58,311 bases of DNA from a virus (Duplodnaviria > Caudoviricetes), in the IMG/VR virus record IMGVR_UViG_3300045742_000023, positions 1-58,311 of that record; one strand, given 5' to 3'. The notes below the pieces were generated by a model. The model ran no database searches, was not told the DNA's origin, and was given only the letters and a program-made list of their open reading frames with translations. The position numbers were made by a program, and so were the translations under genes. Positions 45,829-56,600 of the stretch are shown here, piece by piece. Numbering within the stretch: the stretch's first letter is position 1; each line of letters begins with the position of its first letter.

Positions 45829-48800
45829 GTGCCGGGATCATATCCAGAAGATTATAACGACACCGGAGTAACGCCAGTCCCTTTAGGATTAGGTATACAC
45901 CAAACTCCGTCTAGACAACAGACCCCTCCGGGGTCTTTAGTTGCTTGTCGTAACTTTGAAGTAGTCAATAGTGCTTATGAGGAAACTCAGGGCCTGACTA
46001 TGCTAGGGCCTACATTGTCAGAAGGGCTAGATGACTTCTGGCACGCATCTGTAGACGCGGTAGACTGTGCTATATCCGGAACATTAGTGCAGGGAGACTT
46101 ACTATACTGGTATGCCAAGGATGGTGTCACAGTAGCAGGTACGGGTCGTATGTACTACGTCTACTCAGATGGCAGTAATGTATATATAACCCTAGATAAG
46201 GTGTCCGGGATTAGTCCTCGTAGGGCTACCTCTATGATTACCTCAAACGGAACCACCATTGAGTACACAGGTGATGGTGATCTGTTTAGGCATAAGACGC
46301 AGCTTGGATTGACTTGGGAAGAGTACTTGCAGGATAAGTTCTGCGGAGCTTTATCTAATTCCCAGAAAGAGCAGAGCAGTGTCTGGGATGCATTCAAGCC
46401 CGATCCTTTAGGAGTGGGCGGTATCTCTGGAGTCTTCCAGCTAGATGATAGTATCTACGCTGTACGAGACTTTTGGGGAGGCCGGTTCGTTGATGGCGTA
46501 GAAGAGCCTTCCGTAGGAGACTTGGTAGAGGTCGATAATGTAGCTGAGGTTGGTACATTTACGGCTAGGGTTGGTCAGGTACAGCTAGACAGCGGTTCAT
46601 GGGAGGAAGGTACCGCAGCAGGAACGTTGTTCCTTTACCCCGACTCCGCAACAGAACTAGATATGAGTCGTGTAGATAATTGGGGAGCATCTACATCTAT
46701 CGAGAATCTGGATACAGGTAATACGGTAGGAACTACCTTAGCTGATGGAGAACGGCAGTATAATAATAAGGGCCTACTCTGGAAACTAGACAAGGATGCT
46801 AGGCAGGGCGGTTGGCGTTATGTAGACACAGGCTATTCTGTACAGTTTAGTAACGGTACTACGGCACCTCTAGCCGAGGTAGCTCCTCTTATAGTCGATC
46901 CATCTACTTCTGGCTCCTCAGTTACCGATACAGGGTACCAGAACTTTCAGTCGCCTGCTACAGAGTATCCTTCTACAGGTACCTATTCCGCATGGACGAA
47001 CCTACAGAACCTTACCTCAATAACACCGGCGGCGTACGCTAACACTACAATAGCTAGTACGGATTACTCTAGAGTAATAGAGCTAGTAGTAACGCCCGGC
47101 TCTGGTCTAGTAGGCAACGCTAAGATTATCGGCGTAGAAGTACAAGTAACAGCTGCACAGACAGGCGGTGTAGATTCGTATTTCAGTAAAGTACAGCTAC
47201 GTAATAATCGTACAGGCGCTGTATACCTGTCCCAGAATAAGGCCACTAACGAAGCTATCGCTGCGTCTGATACTGTCTACACCTTTGGGGGACAGCTGGA
47301 CTTATGGGGCCTAGAGAATATAGATCAAGAAGCTTTGGACGACGAAGAGCTTGAGCTACTTCTGCAATTCTACAATCCAGCGGGAACCTCTAGAGATATA
47401 GATGTTGATCTAGTTCAGATCAAGATACACTACGCGGTATCAGGACAGCGTGTATACTTTTGGGATGGTACTAACGACGTAGACTCAGGCGATCTGTATA
47501 CATACCAAGTATTCGATGGAGCTTGGGTAGATACGGATGCTAAAGGGTGGATGACCGTACACGGGCTGGCAGCCCCCTCCCTCATAAGAGCAGGCAACGA
47601 ATTGCGTAATGCTCCAGCTGGAGGAGGCGATCTTATCGCCTTGAACGAGGGTGTATCCAAGAACTTACTGCCCGGCTTAGCCGAGCTAAGGAATAGAAGC
47701 GCCATATACCAGTCTCGCGTAGCTACTTTCTCTGGTGATGAGGACTCTCAAGCTGCTTATGTAGCTACAGGAGCAAGTCCCGCCTTTATGGTGGACACAA
47801 ATGACGTATTTTCCTTCATCAGAACCCCTGTAGACAGGGATAAGGATAAGCCTAGGTACGTAGAGTTCCATAGAAATCACCTAATTTTAGGTATAGGCTC
47901 TCATTTCCTAGTATCTTCCATCGGAACACCCAACAATTTCAATACAGCTGACGGTGCTACCCAGTGGAACCCTAAAGATAGGGTCACTGGACTGGCAGCA
48001 GCTCCAGCAGGCACTACTATGGTAGCCTGCGAGGACTCCATACATGCATTTACTGGGTCAGGAGCGTCTGGATCGGATGCTTTTGCCCTTAAAATCGTAA
48101 CAGATAACAGCGGCGCTCGTCCGTATACCCTTATTAACCTGCTAGGTAACACTTTTGTGGACTATGCAGGCATAACTACTGCCGCAGCAGCCGATACCTA
48201 CGGTGGGTTTGACGTAGGGCGTAAGTCTCAGCACGTAAATAAGCTTTTACAGAGATTGCTTGGGGCTAATAGCATAGATTCTTCTGTGGGTAATAAGATA
48301 ATTGGTGGTATTCCTGTAAGAAAGAAGAACCAATACCGTATTTACTTGTCTAATGGAGATATACTGACTGCTACGTTCCCAGACGATCCCAGCCTCCCGC
48401 TGGCATTTACACAACAAAACTATACCGCCTATTCAGAGGGTGATTCTAGGGGTTACGAGTCTATTTTCGTGCCAACCTCCATAGATTCATCCGTTCTCTC
48501 CACTGGGGAGGAGAGTATTGTAATGGGCACAGAACTCGGTCACGTAATGAAGATTGATCCGGGTTACATGGACATACTTTCCTACGCTAATAAAGCAGTG
48601 AGCGATAATGAGCGTAGAAGTGCTATGGATTCGTGGAAGTTCTTTAAGTTTATAGATATAACCCCGTTTCATTCGCAAGACCCCAGTCAGATGGTAGCCT
48701 ATAAGCACATAGATGTGTACTTAGAGCATGGCGGGTGCGTAGAACTAAACCGCTTAGCCAAGCCTGACTATGTTCGTATCAGTGAGGTACCCAGCTCTAC

Positions 48801-49275
48801 TAATATTGACGATACCTTAGGTACTAAGGTTGTTGTTGGTAGCAGCACTAACTTCTCTGGTAGGCTAGAGACAGATTATTTCTCATGGTACGTAGATGAC
48901 GCCACTGATGGGCTGTCTACTAGGCTGTCTAAATTCGGCGGAGAAGGGGCTGTCCCATTACGCATACCTTCCTTAGTACTATACTCAGAGCCTAAGGGCA
49001 GAGGACGTAATAGGATACATAAGAACCGGGCGTACACTGTTACTACAGCTACTATACCTCAAGACTTCTACATTGAGGGAGTTACAGGAGTTATAGAAAT
49101 AACAAGCTCTGCTGGCTCTGTTCTGTATGACCTAGCCTTAGTAGGTAGCACAGGTACTGTTACAGTGACTGGTGGTAGTGGTTCAGTTATAACAACAGCA
49201 GGTCTGTGGACGTGGGATACCGAGGACTTTACCTTCGACGATGAAACGCCCACATTTGACGGCGACACAAGTTAA
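45829..49275 (+). CDS. Tail nozzle/stabilisation protein (P22 gp10/T7 gp12-like) with large inserted beta-domain
   Basis: 1148 aa after adaptor; FHRNHL..G...SSIG.P..F beta-propeller repeats. Confidence 0.65.
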   Translation: MPGSYPEDYNDTGVTPVPLGLGIHQTPSRQQTPPGSLVACRNFEVVNSAYEETQGLTMLGPTLSEGLDDFWHASVDAVDCAISGTLVQGDLLYWYAKDGVTVAGTGRMYYVYSDGSNVYITLDKVSGISPRRATSMITSNGTTIEYTGDGDLFRHKTQLGLTWEEYLQDKFCGALSNSQKEQSSVWDAFKPDPLGVGGISGVFQLDDSIYAVRDFWGGRFVDGVEEPSVGDLVEVDNVAEVGTFTARVGQVQLDSGSWEEGTAAGTLFLYPDSATELDMSRVDNWGASTSIENLDTGNTVGTTLADGERQYNNKGLLWKLDKDARQGGWRYVDTGYSVQFSNGTTAPLAEVAPLIVDPSTSGSSVTDTGYQNFQSPATEYPSTGTYSAWTNLQNLTSITPAAYANTTIASTDYSRVIELVVTPGSGLVGNAKIIGVEVQVTAAQTGGVDSYFSKVQLRNNRTGAVYLSQNKATNEAIAASDTVYTFGGQLDLWGLENIDQEALDDEELELLLQFYNPAGTSRDIDVDLVQIKIHYAVSGQRVYFWDGTNDVDSGDLYTYQVFDGAWVDTDAKGWMTVHGLAAPSLIRAGNELRNAPAGGGDLIALNEGVSKNLLPGLAELRNRSAIYQSRVATFSGDEDSQAAYVATGASPAFMVDTNDVFSFIRTPVDRDKDKPRYVEFHRNHLILGIGSHFLVSSIGTPNNFNTADGATQWNPKDRVTGLAAAPAGTTMVACEDSIHAFTGSGASGSDAFALKIVTDNSGARPYTLINLLGNTFVDYAGITTAAAADTYGGFDVGRKSQHVNKLLQRLLGANSIDSSVGNKIIGGIPVRKKNQYRIYLSNGDILTATFPDDPSLPLAFTQQNYTAYSEGDSRGYESIFVPTSIDSSVLSTGEESIVMGTELGHVMKIDPGYMDILSYANKAVSDNERRSAMDSWKFFKFIDITPFHSQDPSQMVAYKHIDVYLEHGGCVELNRLAKPDYVRISEVPSSTNIDDTLGTKVVVGSSTNFSGRLETDYFSWYVDDATDGLSTRLSKFGGEGAVPLRIPSLVLYSEPKGRGRNRIHKNRAYTVTTATIPQDFYIEGVTGVIEITSSAGSVLYDLALVGSTGTVTVTGGSGSVITTAGLWTWDTEDFTFDDETPTFDGDTS

Positions 49276-49286
49276 GGAGTGAGCTA

Positions 49287-50648
49287 ATGCCACTTATTGA
49301 TACACCTTATTTTAACGAGCACTACGATTATAGGCGGAATAATCCTAATGTAGCAGACGCTCCTCCTACAGTACCCGGTGGTGGAGGTCAATCACAAGCC
49401 TCTAAAAATACTGGTGGTGACGGGGATGTTATACCATACCCGGATACTTGGGAAGATGGTATTGGTCCTCCCGGAACGGTGCCCCCCGGAGCACCTGATC
49501 CGGGTGACGGCGCTGTACCCGGAGGTCCTAATGATGTAGTGGTAGACCCGCCTCCCGGAGGAGGTGGTGGGCAGAAGCCTATATGGGATACTATCGGAGA
49601 AACTGACGAGCCTTTTCAGTTCGACACTCGTGCCCCTGATCCCGGTAACGTACCTCAATTTCCGTGGTTCACTGGTGACGGCGGCCCGAACGTAGTTACT
49701 CAGCCTAATGGCGATAATGTATACGACGTATACGAACAGATGAATCCCGGTTCAGGTATCTTGACTGTAGGCGGTCAGATGACTCAGATCAATCCTGACG
49801 GCTCTATTACCCCCGGAGATATCAACCCCACTATACGTCAAGTTATTCCGGGAGAGATGGTATCTGAGCAGCTACATCACTTGTTGAGTAGTGATTCTAA
49901 GTTTATTAAGGATGCCCGTCGTCAAGGTCTAGAGCAAGCTAACGCTCAGGGGGGGCTAGGTGGTACCGTAGGTATAGGGGCCTCTATCCAAGCAGCTATT
50001 CGTACAGGACTTCCTATTGCTCAAGCAGATGCAGAGGCTTTCAGGGCCGCTGCTTCTCAGAACATGCAGGCACTGAACCAGTTCAGTCAGCTTAACCACC
50101 AGAGAACAACTCAGCTAGAGTTAGCTCAAGTAGACTCACGTACTAAACAGTTGGTTACGCAAATTGGTACTAGTGCTCAGATGGCTGCTGCTCAATTACA
50201 GAGCGCTACCCAAAGAGACTTAGCTAGACTGGGCGCAGAGGTACAACTACGTAGTCAGGAGATGGCTGGTCAGATTCAGAACAGGCTGGCTAACATAGCC
50301 TTCGTACATAATGCTCTACTGAATGATGCTCAGTATGCAGCAGACTTAGCTAAGACTACCTTAACAGGGGAGTATGGATTAGCTAACACAGGCCTTGCTG
50401 GTATGTGGAACGAAAAAGCTGTAGCTGCTCAAACAGCAGCAGAGAAAGAAGCTACTTACGTTAACGCTATGACGGGTGCTTATGATGGATACCTTAACCG
50501 ACTCTCAGAATTAAATGGTATTGAGATGGACGACGCTGCTAGACAGCGTGCTATCGCTACTATCACAGACGGATTCCGGGCCATGACTTCGTTGATTGGT
50601 AAGCTATTCCCTGACGTTGAGCCTATTGATTTTAACTTGGGAGGATAA
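49287..50648 (+). CDS. Internal virion/ejection protein
   Basis: Pro/Gly-rich N-terminus, Ala/Gln helical C-terminus. Confidence 0.6.
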   Translation: MPLIDTPYFNEHYDYRRNNPNVADAPPTVPGGGGQSQASKNTGGDGDVIPYPDTWEDGIGPPGTVPPGAPDPGDGAVPGGPNDVVVDPPPGGGGGQKPIWDTIGETDEPFQFDTRAPDPGNVPQFPWFTGDGGPNVVTQPNGDNVYDVYEQMNPGSGILTVGGQMTQINPDGSITPGDINPTIRQVIPGEMVSEQLHHLLSSDSKFIKDARRQGLEQANAQGGLGGTVGIGASIQAAIRTGLPIAQADAEAFRAAASQNMQALNQFSQLNHQRTTQLELAQVDSRTKQLVTQIGTSAQMAAAQLQSATQRDLARLGAEVQLRSQEMAGQIQNRLANIAFVHNALLNDAQYAADLAKTTLTGEYGLANTGLAGMWNEKAVAAQTAAEKEATYVNAMTGAYDGYLNRLSELNGIEMDDAARQRAIATITDGFRAMTSLIGKLFPDVEPIDFNLGG

Positions 50649-50654
50649 GTCATA

Positions 50655-51083
50655 ATGGAAGTAAGAAGGGCTTTCACTAGAGACATACCAAAGATATTGG
50701 ATTACTTAGAGGAATATCATAAAGATTCTAATATGAATCACGTAGAGTTTGATCGTAAGTCAACCTTTCAGATCATGGAATACTATATAGATCACAAGAC
50801 GTTCATGCCTTTAGTGGCATACAAAGAAGGGGAGGTTAAGGGAGTTCTGTTCGGTTCCTTGGAACCCTTCTTCTTTAACCGTAAGAAATCCTATGGCACT
50901 GATTTAATGTTTATTAGTAACGGTGCTGGTACACAATTATGGAAGATGTTCAAAGAATGGGCATTCTCCTCAGGAGCAGTACAGCTTATTATGGGAGTGA
51001 GTTCAGGGAACCCACGATCAGAGCAGTTGCTAGAGGCTCTTGGAATGACACGAGTAGGTGGTGCATATGTCCTTCGTAGCTAA
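50655..51083 (+). CDS. GNAT-fold acetyltransferase-like protein
   Basis: VRRA..RDI, GVLFG, GAGTQL, LEALGM; usual position among podovirus ejection genes. Confidence 0.75.
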   Translation: MEVRRAFTRDIPKILDYLEEYHKDSNMNHVEFDRKSTFQIMEYYIDHKTFMPLVAYKEGEVKGVLFGSLEPFFFNRKKSYGTDLMFISNGAGTQLWKMFKEWAFSSGAVQLIMGVSSGNPRSEQLLEALGMTRVGGAYVLRS

Positions 51084-52113
51084 AGCCGTAAAGAAAGTAT
51101 TTAAAGGCGTAAAGAAAGTTGTTAGTAAGGCGGTAAGCTTTACTAAACGGCTATTTAAAAACAAGTGGTTTAGGATAGCTGTCGTGATTGCTGCTACCGT
51201 ATTCACAGCGGGTATCGCCTCCGCAGGAGGGTTCGCCGCTTTCAGCGGAGTCAACTCTATCGGTGGATTCATGAGTGCTGTAGGCAGTACTATGTCTACC
51301 GGCTGGAGTGCTATCGTAGGTGGGCTGCAATCCTTCGGAGCTAAGGTTGGTTCAGCCCTTAGTGGAGGTACCTCTACCGCAGCTACTACAGCTGCTAGTG
51401 GTGCGAATATAGCCGCTGGAGGCCAAAGTATGATGCTAGCCGCTAATAACGCGGCATCTTTACCGGGTATGGTTGGAGGTGCAGCAGCAGGTGCTAGTGG
51501 AGCAGCTGCGGCAGCAGCAGCAGGCTCTGTCGGAGGAACTCTTGGTACAGCTGGTCTAGGGTCTATAGGCATAGTAGGTTCAGCAGCTAACTTAACTGCT
51601 ACTACAGCAGCTGGCGGAGGTATAGTTAAATCCTTCTTATCTAAAGCAGGTAATCTGTTGATGGACCCCGGACTTGCTGGTACAGCTTTACGCAGTGGTA
51701 TTATGATGGGTATAGGTGGGTACCTGAGAGGTAAGGAAGCGGAGAAGCAGGAAGAGTACTTCCGCAATCGTACCGTGTGGGGAGGTCCTGCCTTTGGAGG
51801 TAGCTCTGATCCTATTGGCTTATTGTTCCCTTCATCTGGCGAAGAGGCCGCTGCTCAGCAGCAGGCCCAGCAGCAGATGGGAGCACCAACACAGTTTGAT
51901 CCGCAGGCTTATGCTGGTCAGACCAATTACGCAGAGATCGCTGACCAACCACAGAACGTGCAGGGTCCTGTACCTACACCAGAGGAGCAGGGATTGTTGT
52001 TTGCTGGCGCGCAGGAAGCTCCACAACAGGTACAGCCACCTCCAACACAGCCTAGACAGCAGTACCAGAGGCCTATGGGCGGTATCTCACCAGAACTCTT
52101 AGGAGTAACTTAA
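51067..52113 (+). CDS. Ejection/DNA-transfer protein, Gly/Ala-rich with hydrophobic segments
   Basis: KAVKKVFKGVKKVV basic start, hydrophobic segment, glycine-zipper-like repeats. Confidence 0.65.
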   Translation: MSFVAKAVKKVFKGVKKVVSKAVSFTKRLFKNKWFRIAVVIAATVFTAGIASAGGFAAFSGVNSIGGFMSAVGSTMSTGWSAIVGGLQSFGAKVGSALSGGTSTAATTAASGANIAAGGQSMMLAANNAASLPGMVGGAAAGASGAAAAAAAGSVGGTLGTAGLGSIGIVGSAANLTATTAAGGGIVKSFLSKAGNLLMDPGLAGTALRSGIMMGIGGYLRGKEAEKQEEYFRNRTVWGGPAFGGSSDPIGLLFPSSGEEAAAQQQAQQQMGAPTQFDPQAYAGQTNYAEIADQPQNVQGPVPTPEEQGLLFAGAQEAPQQVQPPPTQPRQQYQRPMGGISPELLGVT

Positions 52114-52114
52114 T

Positions 52115-52750
52115 ATGTTACTGAATCCAGAACTAGAGCAAGAGATTGAAGACGCGGATAACGAGGACGTTATAGACCCAACGTTCAATCCGGTTATAGC
52201 TGACGAAGACGCAACTCCTGAGGAAGAGCGCCAACTGTACAAAGCTATGGATATAGTCACTGACTTCCTGTACTCAGAAGAAGGTATGGCATCAGTAGTA
52301 GAAGTACTACAGCAAGACAATAGAGAGCTTTATGAAAAGGTAGCTGACGTATCAGAGCAGCTTTTGTTGAAGGCTCGTGGGGATATGAAGCGTGATAATG
52401 AAGCTGTACCCTCCTCTATCTTCTTTGGAGAAGGAGGTCTGCTGACTACTGTACCCTTGATGGTACTGGATTTGGCAGAGCAGTTACAGTTGCCTCACGC
52501 TAATGATAAAGATACTATCTCCGCTACTATGATTAATATGTACAAGAAGGCGGGTGAGACTATTCTTAGGGAAGGTAATAAGACCGCAGCTAAAGAAGCT
52601 ATTGAGATGGGTGCTGAGATGGCACTGATAGGTGAGAACGGTAAGTCCCGTCACCCCGACGAAATTATGAATGAGGCTAAAGCAGAAGGGCCGCCTCCAG
52701 AACGGCAGCCACTGGCTGCTGGTATTGAGCAAGGATTACTGGGAGTATAA
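52115..52750 (+). CDS. Acidic hypothetical virion protein
   Basis: 211 aa; ends GLLGV, like the ELLGVT end of the previous ORF. Confidence 0.65.
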   Translation: MLLNPELEQEIEDADNEDVIDPTFNPVIADEDATPEEERQLYKAMDIVTDFLYSEEGMASVVEVLQQDNRELYEKVADVSEQLLLKARGDMKRDNEAVPSSIFFGEGGLLTTVPLMVLDLAEQLQLPHANDKDTISATMINMYKKAGETILREGNKTAAKEAIEMGAEMALIGENGKSRHPDEIMNEAKAEGPPPERQPLAAGIEQGLLGV

Positions 52751-52752
52751 CT

Positions 52753-53631
52753 ATGTCAGCTTTGAGTGAAGGTTTACTGTCAGGTTTCGCAGGAGCTATG
52801 CAGGGTGCTGACGAGTGGATTAAGGACGATGCTAAGAAACGTCACGAGATGACGTTGGAGGAGTACCGTCACCAGAAAGCTATGGAACTACAGAGACTGA
52901 GCCAGAAACACTCTACAGACTTAGCGGAGCGTAGGGAGAAGTTTGAGAGAGAGCAGGGCAGTATCAATTTCGGTAATGAGATCGGTAAGCTGGGTATACA
53001 GGAACAGTACAAAGAAACAGCAGCGGAGGAAGCTGCTAGACGTGCGGAGGAAGCTGCTGATGCTCAGGCTGACCGAGACGTCGAAGTGGCTAGGCGTAAA
53101 GATGAAGCACGTGCGGCAGTAGTATCAGCCGAGGAAGAGAAAAACGCTAACAAACTTACTAAAGACTCTGTTACTATTATCGAGGCTAATGTAGTGCCAG
53201 ATATTGCTGGTCGTTTAGGCTTGCCTGAGATAGAGACTAGTACTAGGATAGATAAGGATCATACAGAAGGTAGTGATGTGGTGGATGGTTTAGGCGTAGG
53301 CAGTGGCTCTAGACCTCTGTTGTCTGGACAAACTACTACTAGCTCTAAGCGTCCTGAGTCTATAGTTGATTTGAAATCTCAGCTTCACTTAGCCGCAATT
53401 CCAGCAGCTGCTAGGAAACTCTTAACTAAGCACTTGGATAAGTTAGCTAATATGAAAGCTTCTCCGCACATGTACACACAAGCGCAGCTATCTGCATGGC
53501 AAGATACTCTTGATGAGATTTTGTCTGAGGTGGAGGGAACGCTGCCCGTAGGTCCACCTGCTCCGTCAGGTAATGTTCCAGCAATGCAGACAGGATTGCC
53601 CGAAGGCACATCAGTAAGGCGCACAAAGTAA
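52753..53631 (+). CDS. Internal virion protein
   Basis: GLLSGFAGAMQG N-terminus, coiled coil. Confidence 0.65.
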   Translation: MSALSEGLLSGFAGAMQGADEWIKDDAKKRHEMTLEEYRHQKAMELQRLSQKHSTDLAERREKFEREQGSINFGNEIGKLGIQEQYKETAAEEAARRAEEAADAQADRDVEVARRKDEARAAVVSAEEEKNANKLTKDSVTIIEANVVPDIAGRLGLPEIETSTRIDKDHTEGSDVVDGLGVGSGSRPLLSGQTTTSSKRPESIVDLKSQLHLAAIPAAARKLLTKHLDKLANMKASPHMYTQAQLSAWQDTLDEILSEVEGTLPVGPPAPSGNVPAMQTGLPEGTSVRRTK

Positions 53632-53634
53632 TAT

Positions 53635-56600
53635 ATGGCTACTTATGAGATAAGTACTCCTTGGGGACGTACGTACGAAGTCACGTCACCAACAGAGATA
53701 GAGGATTACAATCTTCTATACAACTATATCCTTGAGAACAGGGATGAGTTGGATGCACAGTGGGAACTAGATAACGCAGAGAATGATCCTAGCTGGAGCG
53801 AGGGGCGTGTTGCTGGTTTTGCTGGAGGCGTACAGAGGGGTGTGGGTAGTATACTGGAAGCAGTCGAAGAGACTGTTGCGCCTCTTGCTGTCCAAGGATT
53901 TACTGGCGGTATGGCTAAGCCAGAGAAGGTAGATATATTCGGTACGTATGACGAGAGCCTGAGAGCAGCGGAACAAGAGAACCGCAAGATTCAGCAAGCG
54001 TCTATGCCGGAGAATAAGGTAGGACGTTTCGCTACAGAAGCAGTAGATGCTATTGCAATGATGATGCCATCAGTACTTGCTACGGTAGGTACGGGAGGTA
54101 GCGCTACATTAGGTTATGCTATTATGTCTATCCCCGCCTTTGGCGAGGGTTATACCGAGGGCTTGGAGCGTAGTGAAGGCGACCACGATGCAGCTGCTAT
54201 TGATGGTGTAATGGCAGTAGCTAAAGAGATCGGCTCAGAGAAGTTGTTCGGAGTACTAGATAACTTAGGCATGAGTTCTGGTTTCGGCAAGGCTATCACT
54301 AGCATTATGGCTAGGGAAGCTGGTTCTGAAATGACTACTGAGGCATTGGATGCTTTAGATGATTACCTGCGTCACGGTGAAACCCGTGAAACAGAGCAGC
54401 TTATCTACGATATCCTGTACGCAGGTGTGCTGGGTGCTGTAGCTGGTGGTGTTATCGGTGGTGTAGGCCACCTCCCAAGACACCAGAGGAATAAAGAAGA
54501 CGCTGAGATAGAAGCAGCCTTAGCCGAGGGTACTGATCGACTGGCTAGTCGTGTTGGCGACGAGGCTTTAGGCGCGTTCGGTGAAGTAGAAACGACTCCT
54601 GTAATGGAGCGTGTACAGGGTCCAGATGAATTTACCTACGAAGGTAAGACGTTTGAGAACCTGAACTTGGATCGCTTTGGTACCACCCTTGAGGGTGACG
54701 AGGCTTTACTACCTCCTACCTTAGAAGAACTAAATCTCAGCGAACATGAGAATCTAGAGGATCGTAGGACTAGAGGACACGGCGAATTTATTGATAGGAT
54801 ACGAGATAGCCGTGCGGCTACTCGTGCCCAGTCTTACCAAGCGTGGGAAGAGGTAGAGAGTGAGGTAGCTAACCTTCCTCCAGACGCTGTTCAGTCATGG
54901 ACTACTATGCTGGACTCTATGGAGTCCTTGCGTGCCCAAGAGCAAGAGATGTTTGAGGAGATGGATCGTCTTCGTAGCGAACGTCAAGCTGAGCGTGAAG
55001 AGAAGTATGGCTCTCGTCGTGCGGGTAGATTCGGTTATGCTCTGAACGAAGAGCAGGCGGCAGAATTTGAGGCCGACTTACAGGAATACAACCAGACTTA
55101 TTATGGGAATGCTTATGGTGAGTATGGTGCGCAGACTAGAGAGGACGCAGAGCGTGAGGGCTGGCTCCCCCAGTTTGACGAGGAAGTACTCTCTATACAA
55201 GAAGACCTCCAAGAGACTACAGATACTCCAGTTATACCTACGGTTGAGGCTGAGCAGTATCTAGAGGAAGCTTATGCATATGACTCCGTGTTAGAGGACC
55301 CGGAGAACCAAGCACTAGCCGTTACTCTCCGCGAGAACTTAGCCTATCTACGCAAAGCGGCTAAGTATAAAGAGCGTAAGAAAGCTGCTATTAACAAAGA
55401 GCTTGATGCAGAGCTAAAGGAGTTAGCTCCTATAGCCGAGGAACTTGGTGAGGACTACTCTCGTGAAGATTTAATAAACGAGATCAATGCAAAGCGTAAA
55501 CAAGAAGGCAAGAAAGAGCTTCTTGATACCACTCGACAGGACACTCAGGGATGGGAAACTATTGCGCTGTCACAGGACGGGCGGGTAATAGTGCAACACA
55601 CAGGCCCTCAGGGTCGTGTATTAGTTACATGGGTCGTAGGAGTACCTAACTCAGTTAGACCTTATTTCCAGAAGGTAGGCGCACGTAGAACATGGCGGCC
55701 CGGTCACGCACGTAAGTCAGGTAAGGCTCATGCAGCAGGTCCACACAATCAATGGGGCGTCCCGGATATACTAAAAGCCGAGATTGATGCCAGCGCTAAG
55801 AAAGTATTAGGCCGTGGCGATATTAATATTGATCTCAAAACAGAGTCTAGGTTAAATAAGTATAAGAAAACTCTGCTGCGTAGTGTACGCTCTAGGGATA
55901 GGGCACATGCGGAGGCGGTACGTAAGGCAGTAACCGCTGCTATTGCTACTAACCAAGCGTTAGTCGCAAGCGGACGAGCTACGCCTCTAACACAAGCAGA
56001 TTTAAGTCGTATTAAGAGAGAGGCTATAGCCGATCTTACTGCCGACAGAGCAATCCTCAGGGATTCCTTCAAGCGTAGCGCACCTAATATGCAGCGCACT
56101 ACCCTGATTCCCGGTTTAGATGTAGACAGAGGGGTCAAGTTATACGAGACTTATATTGACAGGAATGATCTTAAGAAGATCAAGTCAGGTAAAGCTGTAT
56201 CTGCTAGGGTATACCAGATAACTGAAGATGCGCAGATGCGTATCCTTGAGCTGCGTCCTATGGCAGACTTCAAGGGCTATGGAGTATTCGTAGAAAGTGT
56301 CGGTGGACTCGACGTTGCGGAAGGTAAGCAGTGGCGTGATGCTACTGGATCAGTTGATCTGATACCAGAGGCTATCATAAAAGCTAACATTGCCTCTGAG
56401 ATACGTGAGAATCTTGAGATTGATGGTGGTACGCCTAATCAATCCATCAAAGATAACCTTCGTAAGGCACGTAAAGCACCTACACAAAAGAAAGAAGATC
56501 GTGCAGCTGAGGTTAGGACCCTCAGGAAAGAGCTTGCAGAGCTTAAAAAGAAAGAGACTAAAGCTAAGTTCGACAAACCTAAGGCTCCTGTGCAGGATGA